Shown: positions 1-8,963 of the stretch, in pieces
How the letters are laid out: each line of letters begins with the position of its first letter
Numbering within the stretch: the first letter of the stretch is position 1
From: an uncultured Clostridia bacterium
Lineage (GTDB): Bacteria > Bacillota > Clostridia > Christensenellales > UBA1242
Length of the DNA: 53,074 nt
Assembly: GCA_944349535.1 (NCBI GenBank)
Contig: CALVNA010000003.1
Coordinates: 1-53,074, forward strand
Direction of reading: 5' to 3'
Program-made: the position numbers and the translations under genes
The notes under the pieces: generated by a model
What the model was told of the DNA's origin: nothing
The model's input: only the letters and a program-made list of their open reading frames with translations
The model's database searches: none

Positions 1-1
1 C

Positions 2-274
2 AATGACTTTAAGCGTAAACAGCAGAAAGCAGCAAAAAGAGCTCAAAGAAAAGAAGATGCTAAAGAAGTTCTTTCTACTATTGGCAGAGGAGTTTTAAAA
101 ACTGTAAAAGCTGTGGTAAAAGGTGCAGCAATAGTGTTGTCAAGCATTGGAAAGGCTATATCAAAGATCGGGAAAGGAATTGTAAAGAAGATTGAACATG
201 TTAAACCTTTTGAACGAAAGAAAGAAGGTTTTAATAATTCAAATTCTGAAAATGAAGATTCGGAAATGGATTAA
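2..274 (+). CDS. 3' end of hypothetical protein (truncated by window edge), amphipathic helix and acidic tail
   Basis: Open frame from position 2 to TAA 272-274: NDFKRKQQKAAKR...LSTIGRGVLKTVKAVVKGAAIVLSSIGKAISKIGKG...NSENEDSEMD*. Not recognisable as ribosomal protein S7. Confidence 0.75.
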   Translation, partial: NDFKRKQQKAAKRAQRKEDAKEVLSTIGRGVLKTVKAVVKGAAIVLSSIGKAISKIGKGIVKKIEHVKPFERKKEGFNNSNSENEDSEMD

Positions 275-348
275 AATAAATTAATTTTTTATCAAAAGTG
301 CATATAACCACACTTTAAATTGGTTATAAATCTAAAAGGAGAAAAAAT

Positions 349-2427
349 ATGGCAAACAATCTAGAACTTACTAGAAATGTCGGCATTATGGCTCACATTG
401 ACGCTGGAAAAACCACAACAACTGAGCGTATTTTGTATTACACCGGCAAAAGCCACAAGATTGGCGAAGTTCACGACGGCGCTGCAACCATGGACTGGAT
501 GGCTCAAGAGCAAGAGCGTGGTATCACTATCACTTCTGCATGCACAACATGTTCTTGGAAAGGTCACAAAATCAACATTATTGACACTCCTGGACACGTT
601 GACTTTACAGTTGAAGTTGAGCGTTCTTTGAAAGTGCTTGATGGTGCTGTTTTGGTGCTTTCTGCTCGTGACAAGGTTCAACCTCAAACTGAAACTGTTT
701 GGCGCCAAGCTACAAAATACAAAGTGCCAACAATCATCTATGTAAACAAAATGGACAGAGATGCAGCTGACTTCTTTGGCTGTGTTGAATCTATTCAAAG
801 AAGACTTAAAACAAACCCATTGCCAATCCAAATGCCAATTGGTGAGGCTGATACATTCACGGGAATTATCGACCTTCTTACAATGAAGGCTGAAATTTAC
901 AAGGATGACATGGGAACTCAAATTGAAATCACTGACATTCCTGCAGAGCTTAAAGCAAAAGCACAAGAAGAGCACGACAAAATGATTGAAAAAATCGTTG
1001 AAACTGACGACGCACTTCTTGAAAGATACTTTGAAGGTGAAGAAATTTCAATTGACGAGCTTAAAAAAGCCATCAGAAAGGCAACAATTGCAAAAACTTT
1101 AACACCTGTTCTTTGTGGTTCTTCATATAAAAACAAAGGTGTTCAAATGCTTCTTGATGCGATGGTGGAATATCTTCCAAGCCCACTTGATATCGAATAT
1201 ATCAAAGGTATCAACCCTGAAACTGGCGAAGAAGAGGACAGAGCTCCTGACGAAAATGCTCCACTTGCTGGTCTTGCATTCAAAATTATGACTGACCCTT
1301 ATGTTGGTGGACTTACTTTCTTCCGTGTTTACAGCGGAAAACTTACTGCAGGCTCTTATGTTTACAACTCAAACACAGGCAAAACTGAAAGAGTTGGAAG
1401 ACTTATCAGAATGCACGCAAACAACAGACAGGAAATCACAGAAGTTGGCGCTGGTGACATTGCTGCCATCGTTGGGCTTAAAGACACAATCACAGGACAC
1501 ACTCTTTGTGATGAAAAACATCCAATTCAACTTGAAAGCATGGAATTCCCAGAGCCTGTTATTCAGCTTGCTATCGAACCTAAAACAAAAGATATGCAAG
1601 AAAAAATGGCTCTTGCTCTTGCAAAACTTTCAAGAGAAGACCCTTCATTTAGAGTTACAACAAACCAAGAAACTGGCCAAACTTTGATTGCTGGTATGGG
1701 TGAACTTCACCTTGAAATCATTGTTGACAGACTTCTTAGAGAGTTTAAAGTTGAAGCTACTGTCGGAAAACCACAAGTAAGCTATCGTGAAGCTATCAAG
1801 AAGGCTGTTAGAGCTGAAGGAAAATTCATCAGACAGTCTGGTGGTAAAGGTCAATATGGTCACTGTATCATTGAGATGGAACCTCTTGCTCCAGGCGAAG
1901 GATATCAATTTGTTGATAAAACAGTTGGTGGCTCTGTTCCTAAGGAATATATCCAACCTATCAACAATGGTATCAATGAAGCTAGAATGAACGGTGTTCT
2001 TGCTGGATATGAAACTGTTGACTTTAAAGTTACTTTGGTTGACGGTTCTTACCACGAAGTTGACTCTTCAGAAATGGCCTTCAAGATTGCTGGTTCTATG
2101 GCTTTCCAAGAAGGTGCAAGAAATGCAGATCCAGTGCTTCTTGAACCTATCATGAAGGTTTCTGTTGAAGTGCCTGATGAATATCTTGGAACAGTTATGG
2201 GCAACCTCACTTCAAGAAGAGGTATGCTTACTGGAACTGAATCTTCTGCAGGTATTCAAATTGTTAACGCTGAAGTTCCTCTTGCTGAGATGTTTGGTTA
2301 TGCAACTGACCTTCGTTCTCAGACACAGGGCAGAGGCAACTATGTTATGGAACCTCTTAAATATCAAGAAGTTCCAAAATCAATCGCTCAAAACATTATT
2401 GGTGAAAGAGCAAAAAACAAGCAATAA
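349..2427 (+). CDS. fusA: Elongation factor G
   Basis: [19 protein letters not shown] and NKMD GTPase motifs; 692 aa; AAGGAG RBS. Confidence 0.99.
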   Translation: MANNLELTRNVGIMAHIDAGKTTTTERILYYTGKSHKIGEVHDGAATMDWMAQEQERGITITSACTTCSWKGHKINIIDTPGHVDFTVEVERSLKVLDGAVLVLSARDKVQPQTETVWRQATKYKVPTIIYVNKMDRDAADFFGCVESIQRRLKTNPLPIQMPIGEADTFTGIIDLLTMKAEIYKDDMGTQIEITDIPAELKAKAQEEHDKMIEKIVETDDALLERYFEGEEISIDELKKAIRKATIAKTLTPVLCGSSYKNKGVQMLLDAMVEYLPSPLDIEYIKGINPETGEEEDRAPDENAPLAGLAFKIMTDPYVGGLTFFRVYSGKLTAGSYVYNSNTGKTERVGRLIRMHANNRQEITEVGAGDIAAIVGLKDTITGHTLCDEKHPIQLESMEFPEPVIQLAIEPKTKDMQEKMALALAKLSREDPSFRVTTNQETGQTLIAGMGELHLEIIVDRLLREFKVEATVGKPQVSYREAIKKAVRAEGKFIRQSGGKGQYGHCIIEMEPLAPGEGYQFVDKTVGGSVPKEYIQPINNGINEARMNGVLAGYETVDFKVTLVDGSYHEVDSSEMAFKIAGSMAFQEGARNADPVLLEPIMKVSVEVPDEYLGTVMGNLTSRRGMLTGTESSAGIQIVNAEVPLAEMFGYATDLRSQTQGRGNYVMEPLKYQEVPKSIAQNIIGERAKNKQ

Positions 2428-2512
2428 AATCTTAGCAGCTTTCTAGTGCAATACTTAGATTTTGGCTTATAAAAAAATTTGACAAAAATTTTAAAAAAAT
2501 TGAAAAATCATT

Positions 2513-2540
2513 TTGCTTTTGCAAAAAAATATGTTATGAT
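2513..2540 (+). promoter_or_regulatory. sigma-A promoter for tuf
   Basis: TTGCTT-N16-TATGAT with extended -10 TG. Confidence 0.6.
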
Positions 2541-2574
2541 ATCGTAGTAAAACAAAAAAAGGAGATTTTTTAAA

Positions 2575-3777
2575 ATGGCTATTGGTGTTTATGAAAGAAA
2601 AAAACCACACGTAAACGTTGGAACTATTGGTCACGTTGACCATGGTAAAACAACTCTTACTGCTGCAATCACAATGTATTCAGCTGCTAAGGGTTACGCT
2701 CAAAAAATGAGATATGATGAAATCGATAAAGCCCCAGAAGAAAAGGCTAGAGGTATCACTATCAACACAGCTCACGTTGAGTATGAAACTGACAAACGTC
2801 ACTATGCTCACGTTGACTGCCCAGGACACGCTGACTATGTTAAAAACATGATCACAGGTGCTGCTCAAATGGACGGCGCTATCCTTGTTGTTGCTGCAAC
2901 AGATGGTCCTATGCCTCAAACAAGAGAGCATATCCTTCTTGCTAGACAGGTAGGTGTTCCTTACATCGTTGTATTTATGAACAAAACTGATCAAGTTGAC
3001 GATCCAGAACTTCTTGAACTTGTTGAAATGGAAATTCGTGACCTTCTTACTGAATACGGATTCCCAGGAGACAAAACTCCAATCATCAAAGGTTCTGCTT
3101 TGAAAGCTTTGGAAGCTGCTCAAGCTGGAAATGTTTCTGACCCATCTTGCGCTTGCATTCAAGAACTTCTTGACGCTCTTGATTCTTACATTCCTGAGCC
3201 ACAAAGAGAAACTGACAAACCTTTCCTTATGCCTGTTGAAGACGTTTTCACAATCACTGGTCGTGGAACTGTTGCAACTGGTAGAGTTGAAAGAGGAACT
3301 GTAAAAGTTGGCGACACTGTAGAAATCGTTGGACTTGGCGCTTCAAAACAAACTGTTATCACAGGCGTTGAAATGTTCCACAAGTCTCTTGACGCTGCTA
3401 TTGCTGGAGACAATGCTGGTCTTCTTCTTCGTGGAATTCAAAGAACAGACATTGAAAGAGGTCAAGTTCTTTGCAAACCAGGTTCAATCCACCCACACAC
3501 AAAATTCACAGCAGAAGTTTACGTTCTTAAGAAAGAAGAAGGTGGCCGTCACACTCCATTCTTCAATGGTTACAGACCACAGTTCTATTTCAGAACAACT
3601 GACATCACTGGTGTTATTGAACTTGAAAAGGGCGTAGAAATGGTTATGCCTGGCGACCATGTTAAGATGACAATCACTCTTATCAATCCTATCGCTATTG
3701 AACAAGGACTTCGTTTCGCTATCCGTGAAGGTGGCAGAACAGTTGGTTCTGGTGTTGTATCAACAATTGTTGAATAA
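2575..3777 (+). CDS. tuf: Elongation factor Tu
   Basis: [22 protein letters not shown] and NKTD motifs; C-terminal REGGRTVG. Confidence 0.99.
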   Translation: MAIGVYERKKPHVNVGTIGHVDHGKTTLTAAITMYSAAKGYAQKMRYDEIDKAPEEKARGITINTAHVEYETDKRHYAHVDCPGHADYVKNMITGAAQMDGAILVVAATDGPMPQTREHILLARQVGVPYIVVFMNKTDQVDDPELLELVEMEIRDLLTEYGFPGDKTPIIKGSALKALEAAQAGNVSDPSCACIQELLDALDSYIPEPQRETDKPFLMPVEDVFTITGRGTVATGRVERGTVKVGDTVEIVGLGASKQTVITGVEMFHKSLDAAIAGDNAGLLLRGIQRTDIERGQVLCKPGSIHPHTKFTAEVYVLKKEEGGRHTPFFNGYRPQFYFRTTDITGVIELEKGVEMVMPGDHVKMTITLINPIAIEQGLRFAIREGGRTVGSGVVSTIVE

Positions 3778-3790
3778 TTTTGGTGAAAAT

Positions 3791-3822
3791 AAAAAATGGC
3801 TGAGAAAATCAGTCATTTTTTT
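3791..3822 (+). terminator. Intrinsic terminator after tuf
   Basis: aaaaaatggctga-gaaaa-tcagtcattttttt hairpin plus T-run. Confidence 0.8.
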
Positions 3823-4029
3823 GTTGCTTATTTTAAGAAAATTTATTTATAATTTTGATTAAAAAAAATCGAGATAAAGCTTTCAAAATCCAGCGATTTT
3901 TGTTGAAATTTGTTTTGTCAAATCGTTTTTTGGTTTTGCAAATTTATAAAAATTTTGAATAGGCAAATTTTCTTTTATCTTTTCTTTTTTTGTGCTATAA
4001 TAATAAAAACTAGTTCGGAAGGTGTTTTT

Positions 4030-4395
4030 ATGGGATTGATGGGCAAAATTTTTAAGGCTTTTGGCTTTGAAAGCGAAGAAAAAGGCAAACCAGAAAAAAA
4101 CAAAACTAAGGCAAGCTTTAAAATCAAGCATGGCAAAATCAAATCAAGAGCAGAAGAAATCGATGGAGTGCCTGTGTATTATCCAGAAAGCTATTTGCAA
4201 GTGCGAGATTTTGCTGAAATTTTAAAGAAAGGCAATCCTTGCATAATTTCAATCGAATATTGTGAAAAGGAACTTGCCGAGCGAATAATGACTTATTTTG
4301 AAGGAGTTTGTTTTGCGCTTTCTGCCACAAGACATGAGATTGAAGAAAACAAACTGTATTTATATTTGCCGGAGGGCATGGAAGTTGAAAAGTAA
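4030..4395 (+). CDS. sepF: Cell division protein SepF
   Basis: ATG at 4030 (MGLMGKIFKAFGF, amphipathic N-terminus); SepF core YYPESY..VRDFAEILKKGNPCII...AERIMTYFEGVCFAL...YLYLPEGM; TGcTATAAT at 3993-4001. Confidence 0.85.
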   Translation: MGLMGKIFKAFGFESEEKGKPEKNKTKASFKIKHGKIKSRAEEIDGVPVYYPESYLQVRDFAEILKKGNPCIISIEYCEKELAERIMTYFEGVCFALSATRHEIEENKLYLYLPEGMEVEK

Positions 4396-5089
4396 ATTTT
4401 TTAAGACTGTTTTTGTTGCAATCATTGTTGTTGTGCTTGTTCTGGTGTTTGATATGCTTACAAAATATCTTTTGATTGGCAGTCTTATCCCAAATGTTGG
4501 AGATCAAGCCTCCTTTATTGAAGGTTTTATCAATTTTGTTCATGTTCAAAATGATGGTGCAAGTGGTGGAATTCTTGGCGGACAGACAGCTTTGCTTATT
4601 GTTATAACTTTGGTTTTGCTGGGTGTGCTGATTTGGTATTATCTTTTAAAGTTGAAAGACCAACAAAATAAATATTTGGCACTTTTGTCTGTTGCAATGG
4701 GCTTGATAATTGGAGGCTCACTTGGCAATTTATACGACAGAATAATTTTTGGCTACGTCCGAGATTTCATTAATTTTCAATTTATCAATTTCCCTGTATT
4801 CAATATTGCCGACAGTGCAATCACGATTGGGGTAATTTTGCTCGTTATTTATTTTATCTGCGAATATATCCTTTCAATCAAGAAAGAAAAGAAAATTGTT
4901 GAGCTTGAGCAAAAAGAAAATGTTACCATATCAAATAAAGAGTCAAAATTTAATGAAGAGCTTGCTGAATTTTTAGTTGACGCAGATAATAAGGATAAAA
5001 ATAAAGAAAATGCTGATAAAAACAGCGAAAAAAACAATAAAAAACAAAAAAAATCAAAAAATGAAGAAAAGCATAAGGAGAAAATTTGA
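4385..5089 (+). CDS. lspA: Lipoprotein signal peptidase II with long charged C-terminal tail
   Basis: DMLTK, NDGASGG, GGSLGNLYDR, VRDFI and FPVFNIAD motifs; likely TTG start at 4385 after GGAGG. Confidence 0.95.
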   Translation: MKSKFFKTVFVAIIVVVLVLVFDMLTKYLLIGSLIPNVGDQASFIEGFINFVHVQNDGASGGILGGQTALLIVITLVLLGVLIWYYLLKLKDQQNKYLALLSVAMGLIIGGSLGNLYDRIIFGYVRDFINFQFINFPVFNIADSAITIGVILLVIYFICEYILSIKKEKKIVELEQKENVTISNKESKFNEELAEFLVDADNKDKNKENADKNSEKNNKKQKKSKNEEKHKEKI

Positions 5090-5982
5090 AAGGATATTTT
5101 ACAGTCGATGAAAATGAAAAGGGGAAAAGGCTTGATGTTGTTTTCAATCTTCATTATCCTGATTTTTCACGCTCGCATATCAAGACTTTGATTGATCAAG
5201 GCAGCATTTTGTTGCAAGATAAGCTTGTCAAATCGGGAGAAAAGCTGAAAACTGGTCAAAAAGTTTCTTTTGATTTTCAAGATACTGTTCCACTGCAAGC
5301 CAAACCGCAAAACATTGATTTTGAAATTGTTTATCAAGATCAAGATCTGCTTGTTGTCAACAAACCTCAAGGTTTGGTGGTGCATCCTTGCGCGTCAACT
5401 AAAGAGGGCACTCTTGTCAACGGGCTTCTTGAAAAAGTGAAAGATCTCAGCGGCATCAACGGTGTGTTAAGACCGGGGATTGTGCATAGACTTGACAAAA
5501 ACACTTCCGGCCTTATGCTTGTTGCCAAAAATGATATGGCACACCTATCACTTGCTGAGCAAATCAAAAATAAAACCTGCAAACGCAAATACATAGCTCT
5601 TTGTGAAGGTGTTTTCAAGGAAAGCGAAGGACATATTGAAAATTTTTTGGTGCGCAGCAAGTCTGATCGCAAAAAATATGCAGTTTCTTCAACTGGGAAA
5701 AAAGCAATAACCGATTTTAAGGTGATCAAAACCTTTGCAAACAAAACTCTGGTTGAATTTTCCTTACAAACAGGCAGAACTCATCAAATTCGAGTCCATT
5801 GCAAGTGGATGGGGCATCCAATCGTTGGAGATGATGTTTATGGCAAAGCAGAAAAAGACTTGAAAGGGCAGCTTTTGCATTCTTACTTTATCCAGTTTTG
5901 TCATCCGCGCACAAATGAAGCTATGCATTTTGAAGCGGCATTGCCAACCCATTTTCAAGAATATCTTGACAAGCTTAAGTGA
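5086..5982 (+). CDS. rluD: RluA/RluD-family 23S rRNA pseudouridine synthase
   Basis: N-terminal S4 domain (RLD..SRS); NKPQG, HRLDKNTSG, TGRTHQIR and GHPIVGD motifs; lspA-rluD synteny. Confidence 0.95.
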   Translation: MKGYFTVDENEKGKRLDVVFNLHYPDFSRSHIKTLIDQGSILLQDKLVKSGEKLKTGQKVSFDFQDTVPLQAKPQNIDFEIVYQDQDLLVVNKPQGLVVHPCASTKEGTLVNGLLEKVKDLSGINGVLRPGIVHRLDKNTSGLMLVAKNDMAHLSLAEQIKNKTCKRKYIALCEGVFKESEGHIENFLVRSKSDRKKYAVSSTGKKAITDFKVIKTFANKTLVEFSLQTGRTHQIRVHCKWMGHPIVGDDVYGKAEKDLKGQLLHSYFIQFCHPRTNEAMHFEAALPTHFQEYLDKLK

Positions 5983-6002
5983 TAAAGCAACTAAAAAAGC
6001 TA

Positions 6003-6030
6003 TTGACAAATTGCAGAAAATTGATATAAT
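6003..6030 (+). promoter_or_regulatory. Consensus sigma-A promoter of WG-like gene 1
   Basis: TTGACA-N16-TATAAT. Confidence 0.85.
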
Positions 6031-6063
6031 ATAAGTATCATTGAAAGATAAAGGAGAGAGGAA

Positions 6064-6735
6064 ATGGATTTTAAACTTGTAAAAGAAAATGGAAAATATT
6101 TTTATAAAGGAACAGACGGCAAGTTGTATGGTGAAGGATATGATGATGCTTGGAGTTTCTACGAAGGCTATGCTAGAGTAAAAAAAGGTGGCAAATGGTA
6201 TTATGTTGACGACAAAGATTTTAATCTTCATGGCGAAGGGTATGATGATGCGGATGATTTCAGCGAAGGCTATGCTCCAGTAGAAATATATGGCAAATGT
6301 TATTTTGTTGACAAAAAAGACTTTAAGCTTCATGGCGAAGGGTTTGATAAGGCTTTCGTTTTCAGCGAAGGCTATGCTGAAGTAAAAAAAGGTGGCGTTT
6401 GGTATTGTATTAACAAAGATTTTCAGATTGATGATGAAGACAGCGCTTTACGAGTTGCAGAGCAAGATATTAAAAAAATAAATGAAATAGCACCAAAATG
6501 TTTTTTGAATGAAGGTTTTGCTAAAGCTTTAAATGAAGTTATATATAAGCATAACACTCAAAAAATTGAAGAAATGGTCTACAGCAGACTGCTTAAACTT
6601 AAAGAAGAAATGGAAGAACCTTATAAATTGATTGAAAGCAAGAAGCAGGAAGCAGAAAAACTTAAACAAGCAAAAACAGATGCAAAAGAAACTTTTGACA
6701 AACAGTTTGGGAACCCAGATGATGAAAAAGAATAA
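6064..6735 (+). CDS. WG-repeat-like protein (3 repeats) with C-terminal helical/coiled-coil domain
   Basis: YDxAxxFxEGYAxVKKxGKWYYVD repeats resemble the WG beta-repeat (PF14903-like); no signal peptide. Confidence 0.8.
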   Translation: MDFKLVKENGKYFYKGTDGKLYGEGYDDAWSFYEGYARVKKGGKWYYVDDKDFNLHGEGYDDADDFSEGYAPVEIYGKCYFVDKKDFKLHGEGFDKAFVFSEGYAEVKKGGVWYCINKDFQIDDEDSALRVAEQDIKKINEIAPKCFLNEGFAKALNEVIYKHNTQKIEEMVYSRLLKLKEEMEEPYKLIESKKQEAEKLKQAKTDAKETFDKQFGNPDDEKE

Positions 6736-6768
6736 TTGAACAAAAAATTAAAGTTGAAATGAGCTAAT

Positions 6769-6876
6769 ATGAAAAAAGATAGTGAAGAGGAGCGATTGGA
6801 AGAGCTTAAAAAAAGTTTGCATGAACTAAACGATTTATATTTTGGCTCGAAGAAAGAACAAACAAAGAAAAAATAA
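6769..6876 (+). CDS. 35-aa micro-protein, copy 1 (MKKDSEEERLEELKKSLHELNDLYFGSKKEQTKKK)
   Basis: Same length and frame as the copy at 8782; lies between the WG gene and the terminator; weak RBS. Confidence 0.55.
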   Translation: MKKDSEEERLEELKKSLHELNDLYFGSKKEQTKKK

Positions 6877-6888
6877 ACAAGTTTTACA

Positions 6889-6927
6889 AAAAAAGAACAT
6901 ATTTAAATTGTCAATATGTTCTTTTTT
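6889..6927 (+). terminator. Intrinsic terminator, unit 1
   Basis: aaaaaagaacatat...atatgttctttttt. Confidence 0.8.
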
Positions 6928-6938
6928 GTTTTGTGATA

Positions 6939-7094
6939 GGAGATGATGTTTATGGCAAAGCTGAAAAGAACTTGAAAGGGCAACTTTTGCATTCTTATTT
7001 CATCCAGTTTAGCCATCCTCGCACAAATGAAATTATACATTTTGAAGCGGCATTGCCAACCTATTTTCAAAAATATCTTGACAAGCTGAAGTAA
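6939..7094 (+). pseudogene. Duplicated 3' fragment of rluD
   Basis: Encodes GDDVYGKAEKNLKGQLLHSYFIQFSHPRTNEIIHFEAALPTYFQKYLDKLK*, a diverged copy of 5827-5982; no start codon or N-terminal domains. Confidence 0.9.
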
Positions 7095-7179
7095 AGCGGC
7101 AAGAAATTATTTTGAAAAATCATGTCTTCTATTTAATATATCAAACAGCCAAGAAAAGATTGTTGAGCAGCAAAAGCTC

Positions 7180-7207
7180 TTGACAAATTGCAGAAGATGG
7201 GTATAAT
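7180..7207 (+). promoter_or_regulatory. Consensus sigma-A promoter of WG-like gene 2
   Basis: TTGACA-N16-TATAAT, paralogous to 6003-6030. Confidence 0.85.
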
Positions 7208-7240
7208 AAAAGTATCATAAAAAGATAAAGGAGAGAGAAA

Positions 7241-8746
7241 ATGGATTTTAAGGTTGTAAAAAGATATGGAAAATATTTTTATGAAGGATCAGACGGCAAG
7301 CTGTATGATAGTGTTTTCTCTTTCGGCGAAGGCTATGCCATGGGTTTTAAGTTTGTAAAAAGAGATGGAGAATTTTTTTATATAGGATCAGACGGCAAGT
7401 TGTATGATCGGGTTTCCTCTTCCGGCGAAGGTTATGCTGTAGTAAAAAAAGATGGCAAATGGTATTATGTGGACAAAGACTTTAATCTTCATGGCGAAGG
7501 TTATGATTTGGCTGACGATTTCATAGAAGGCTATGCTAGAGTAAAAAAAGATGGCAAATGGTATTATGCTGACGACAAAGATTTTAAGCTTCATGGCGAA
7601 GGGTATGATGATGCTTTGTCTTTCAACGAAGGCTATGCTAACGTAGAAAAAGATGGCAAATGGTATTTTGTAGACAAAGACTTTAAGCTTCATGGCGACG
7701 TGTATGATCATGCTTATGAGTTCCGCGAAGGCTATGCTGTAGTAAAAAAAGATGGCAAATGGTATTATGTTGACAAAAACTTTAAACTTTATGGCGAAGG
7801 GTATGATATAGTTAACGATTTCATAGAAGGCTATGCTGTAGTAAAAAAAGATGGCAAATGGTATTATGTTGACAAAAACTTTAAATTTTATGGCGAAGGG
7901 TATGATCATACTGGATATTTCATAGAAGGCTATGCTTCAGTAAAAAAAGATGGCAAATGGTATTTTGTTGATAAAGATTTTAAGCCTCATGGCGAAGGGT
8001 ATGATGATGCTAGCTATTTCATAGAAGGCTATGCTAGAGTAAAAAAAGATGGCAAATTCTATTTTGTAGACAAAGACTTTAAACTTCATGGCGAAGGGTA
8101 TGATTCGGCTGACGATTTCATAAAAGGCTATGCTAGAGTAAGAAAAGATGGCAAATGGTATTATGTTGACGACAAAGATTTTAAGCTTCATGGCGAAGGG
8201 TATGATGATGCTGGCTATTTCAGAGAAGGCTATGCTTTAGTAAAAAAAGATGGCAAATTCTATTTTGTAGACAAAGACTTTAAGCTTCATGGCGACGTGT
8301 ATGATCATGCTTATGATTTCTACAAAGGCTATGCTATAGTAGAAAAAGATGATGTAGATTATCATATTAACAAAAATTTTCAGATTGTAGATGAAGTTGC
8401 GGCTTTACGAGTTGCAGAGCAGGATCTTGGAATAATAAACGAAATAGCACCAGAGTGTTTTTTGGTTGAAGGTTTTTCTGAAGCTTTAGATGAAATTATA
8501 CATAAGCATTATACTCAAAAAATTAAAAAAACAACCAGCCCGGATGATGTGCTTAAAATTAAAGATGAACTGGAAAAGCTTAATAAATTGCTTGAAAGCA
8601 AAAAACAGGAAGCAAAAGAGCTTGAAATAAAACAAGCTGAATTAATTGAGCGCAAAAAACAGGAAGCAAAAAAACTTGAACAAGCAAGAACAGATGCACA
8701 AGAAACTCTTGACAAGCTGTTTGGCAACTTGAATGAAAAAGAATAA
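7241..8746 (+). CDS. WG-repeat-like protein (11 repeat units) with C-terminal helical/coiled-coil domain
   Basis: Eleven (E/K)GYA units, mostly 36-37 aa (108-111 bp), with near-identical DNA scaffold; C-terminal domain paralogous to 6064-6735. Confidence 0.85.
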   Translation: MDFKVVKRYGKYFYEGSDGKLYDSVFSFGEGYAMGFKFVKRDGEFFYIGSDGKLYDRVSSSGEGYAVVKKDGKWYYVDKDFNLHGEGYDLADDFIEGYARVKKDGKWYYADDKDFKLHGEGYDDALSFNEGYANVEKDGKWYFVDKDFKLHGDVYDHAYEFREGYAVVKKDGKWYYVDKNFKLYGEGYDIVNDFIEGYAVVKKDGKWYYVDKNFKFYGEGYDHTGYFIEGYASVKKDGKWYFVDKDFKPHGEGYDDASYFIEGYARVKKDGKFYFVDKDFKLHGEGYDSADDFIKGYARVRKDGKWYYVDDKDFKLHGEGYDDAGYFREGYALVKKDGKFYFVDKDFKLHGDVYDHAYDFYKGYAIVEKDDVDYHINKNFQIVDEVAALRVAEQDLGIINEIAPECFLVEGFSEALDEIIHKHYTQKIKKTTSPDDVLKIKDELEKLNKLLESKKQEAKELEIKQAELIERKKQEAKKLEQARTDAQETLDKLFGNLNEKE

Positions 8747-8781
8747 TTGAGCAAAAAATTTCAAATTTAAAAGGAGCTAGT

Positions 8782-8889
8782 ATGAAAAAAGTTAGTGAAG
8801 AGAAGCAACTGGAAGAGCTTAAAAAAAGTTTGCATGAACTGAACGACTTATATTTTGGCTCGAAGAAAGAACAAGTAAAGAAAAAATAA
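8782..8889 (+). CDS. 35-aa micro-protein, copy 2 (MKKVSEEKQLEELKKSLHELNDLYFGSKKEQVKKK)
   Basis: AAGGAG RBS at 8771-8776; conserved with copy 1, including synonymous differences (cta/ctg, gat/gac). Confidence 0.65.
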   Translation: MKKVSEEKQLEELKKSLHELNDLYFGSKKEQVKKK

Positions 8890-8897
8890 CTAGATTT

Positions 8898-8936
8898 AAA
8901 AAAGAACATATTGACAATTTCAATATGTTCTTTTTT
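8898..8936. terminator. Bidirectional intrinsic terminator
   Basis: aaaaaagaacatattga-caatt-tcaatatgttctttttt between convergent genes. Confidence 0.8.
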
Positions 8937-8963
8937 GATTTTGTAAGTGGAATTTTGCCAATA

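Larger units (their letters stand above)
5827..8936 (+). repeat. Tandem segmental duplication: unit 1 ~5827-6927, unit 2 ~6939-8936
   Basis: Both units contain the rluD 3' end (ggagatgatgtttatggcaaagc...cttgacaagct), TTGACAaattgcagaa promoter, aagataaaggagagag RBS, WG-like gene, 35-aa ORF and aaaaaagaacatat...atatgttctttttt terminator. Confidence 0.92.

Noticed and set aside
3910-4384. Longer starts for sepF (3910) and lspA (4298) given by the ORF track
   Set aside because: The sepF extension runs through its own promoter region and the lspA extension runs through sepF; RBS-like sequences and homology fit starts at 4030 and 4385.
7241-8400. CRISPR array or DGR template/variable repeats
   Set aside because: The repeats are in-frame 108-111 bp coding units without unique spacers. 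No cas or reverse transcriptase gene is in the window, and the variation is not evidently confined to adenine positions of one template.
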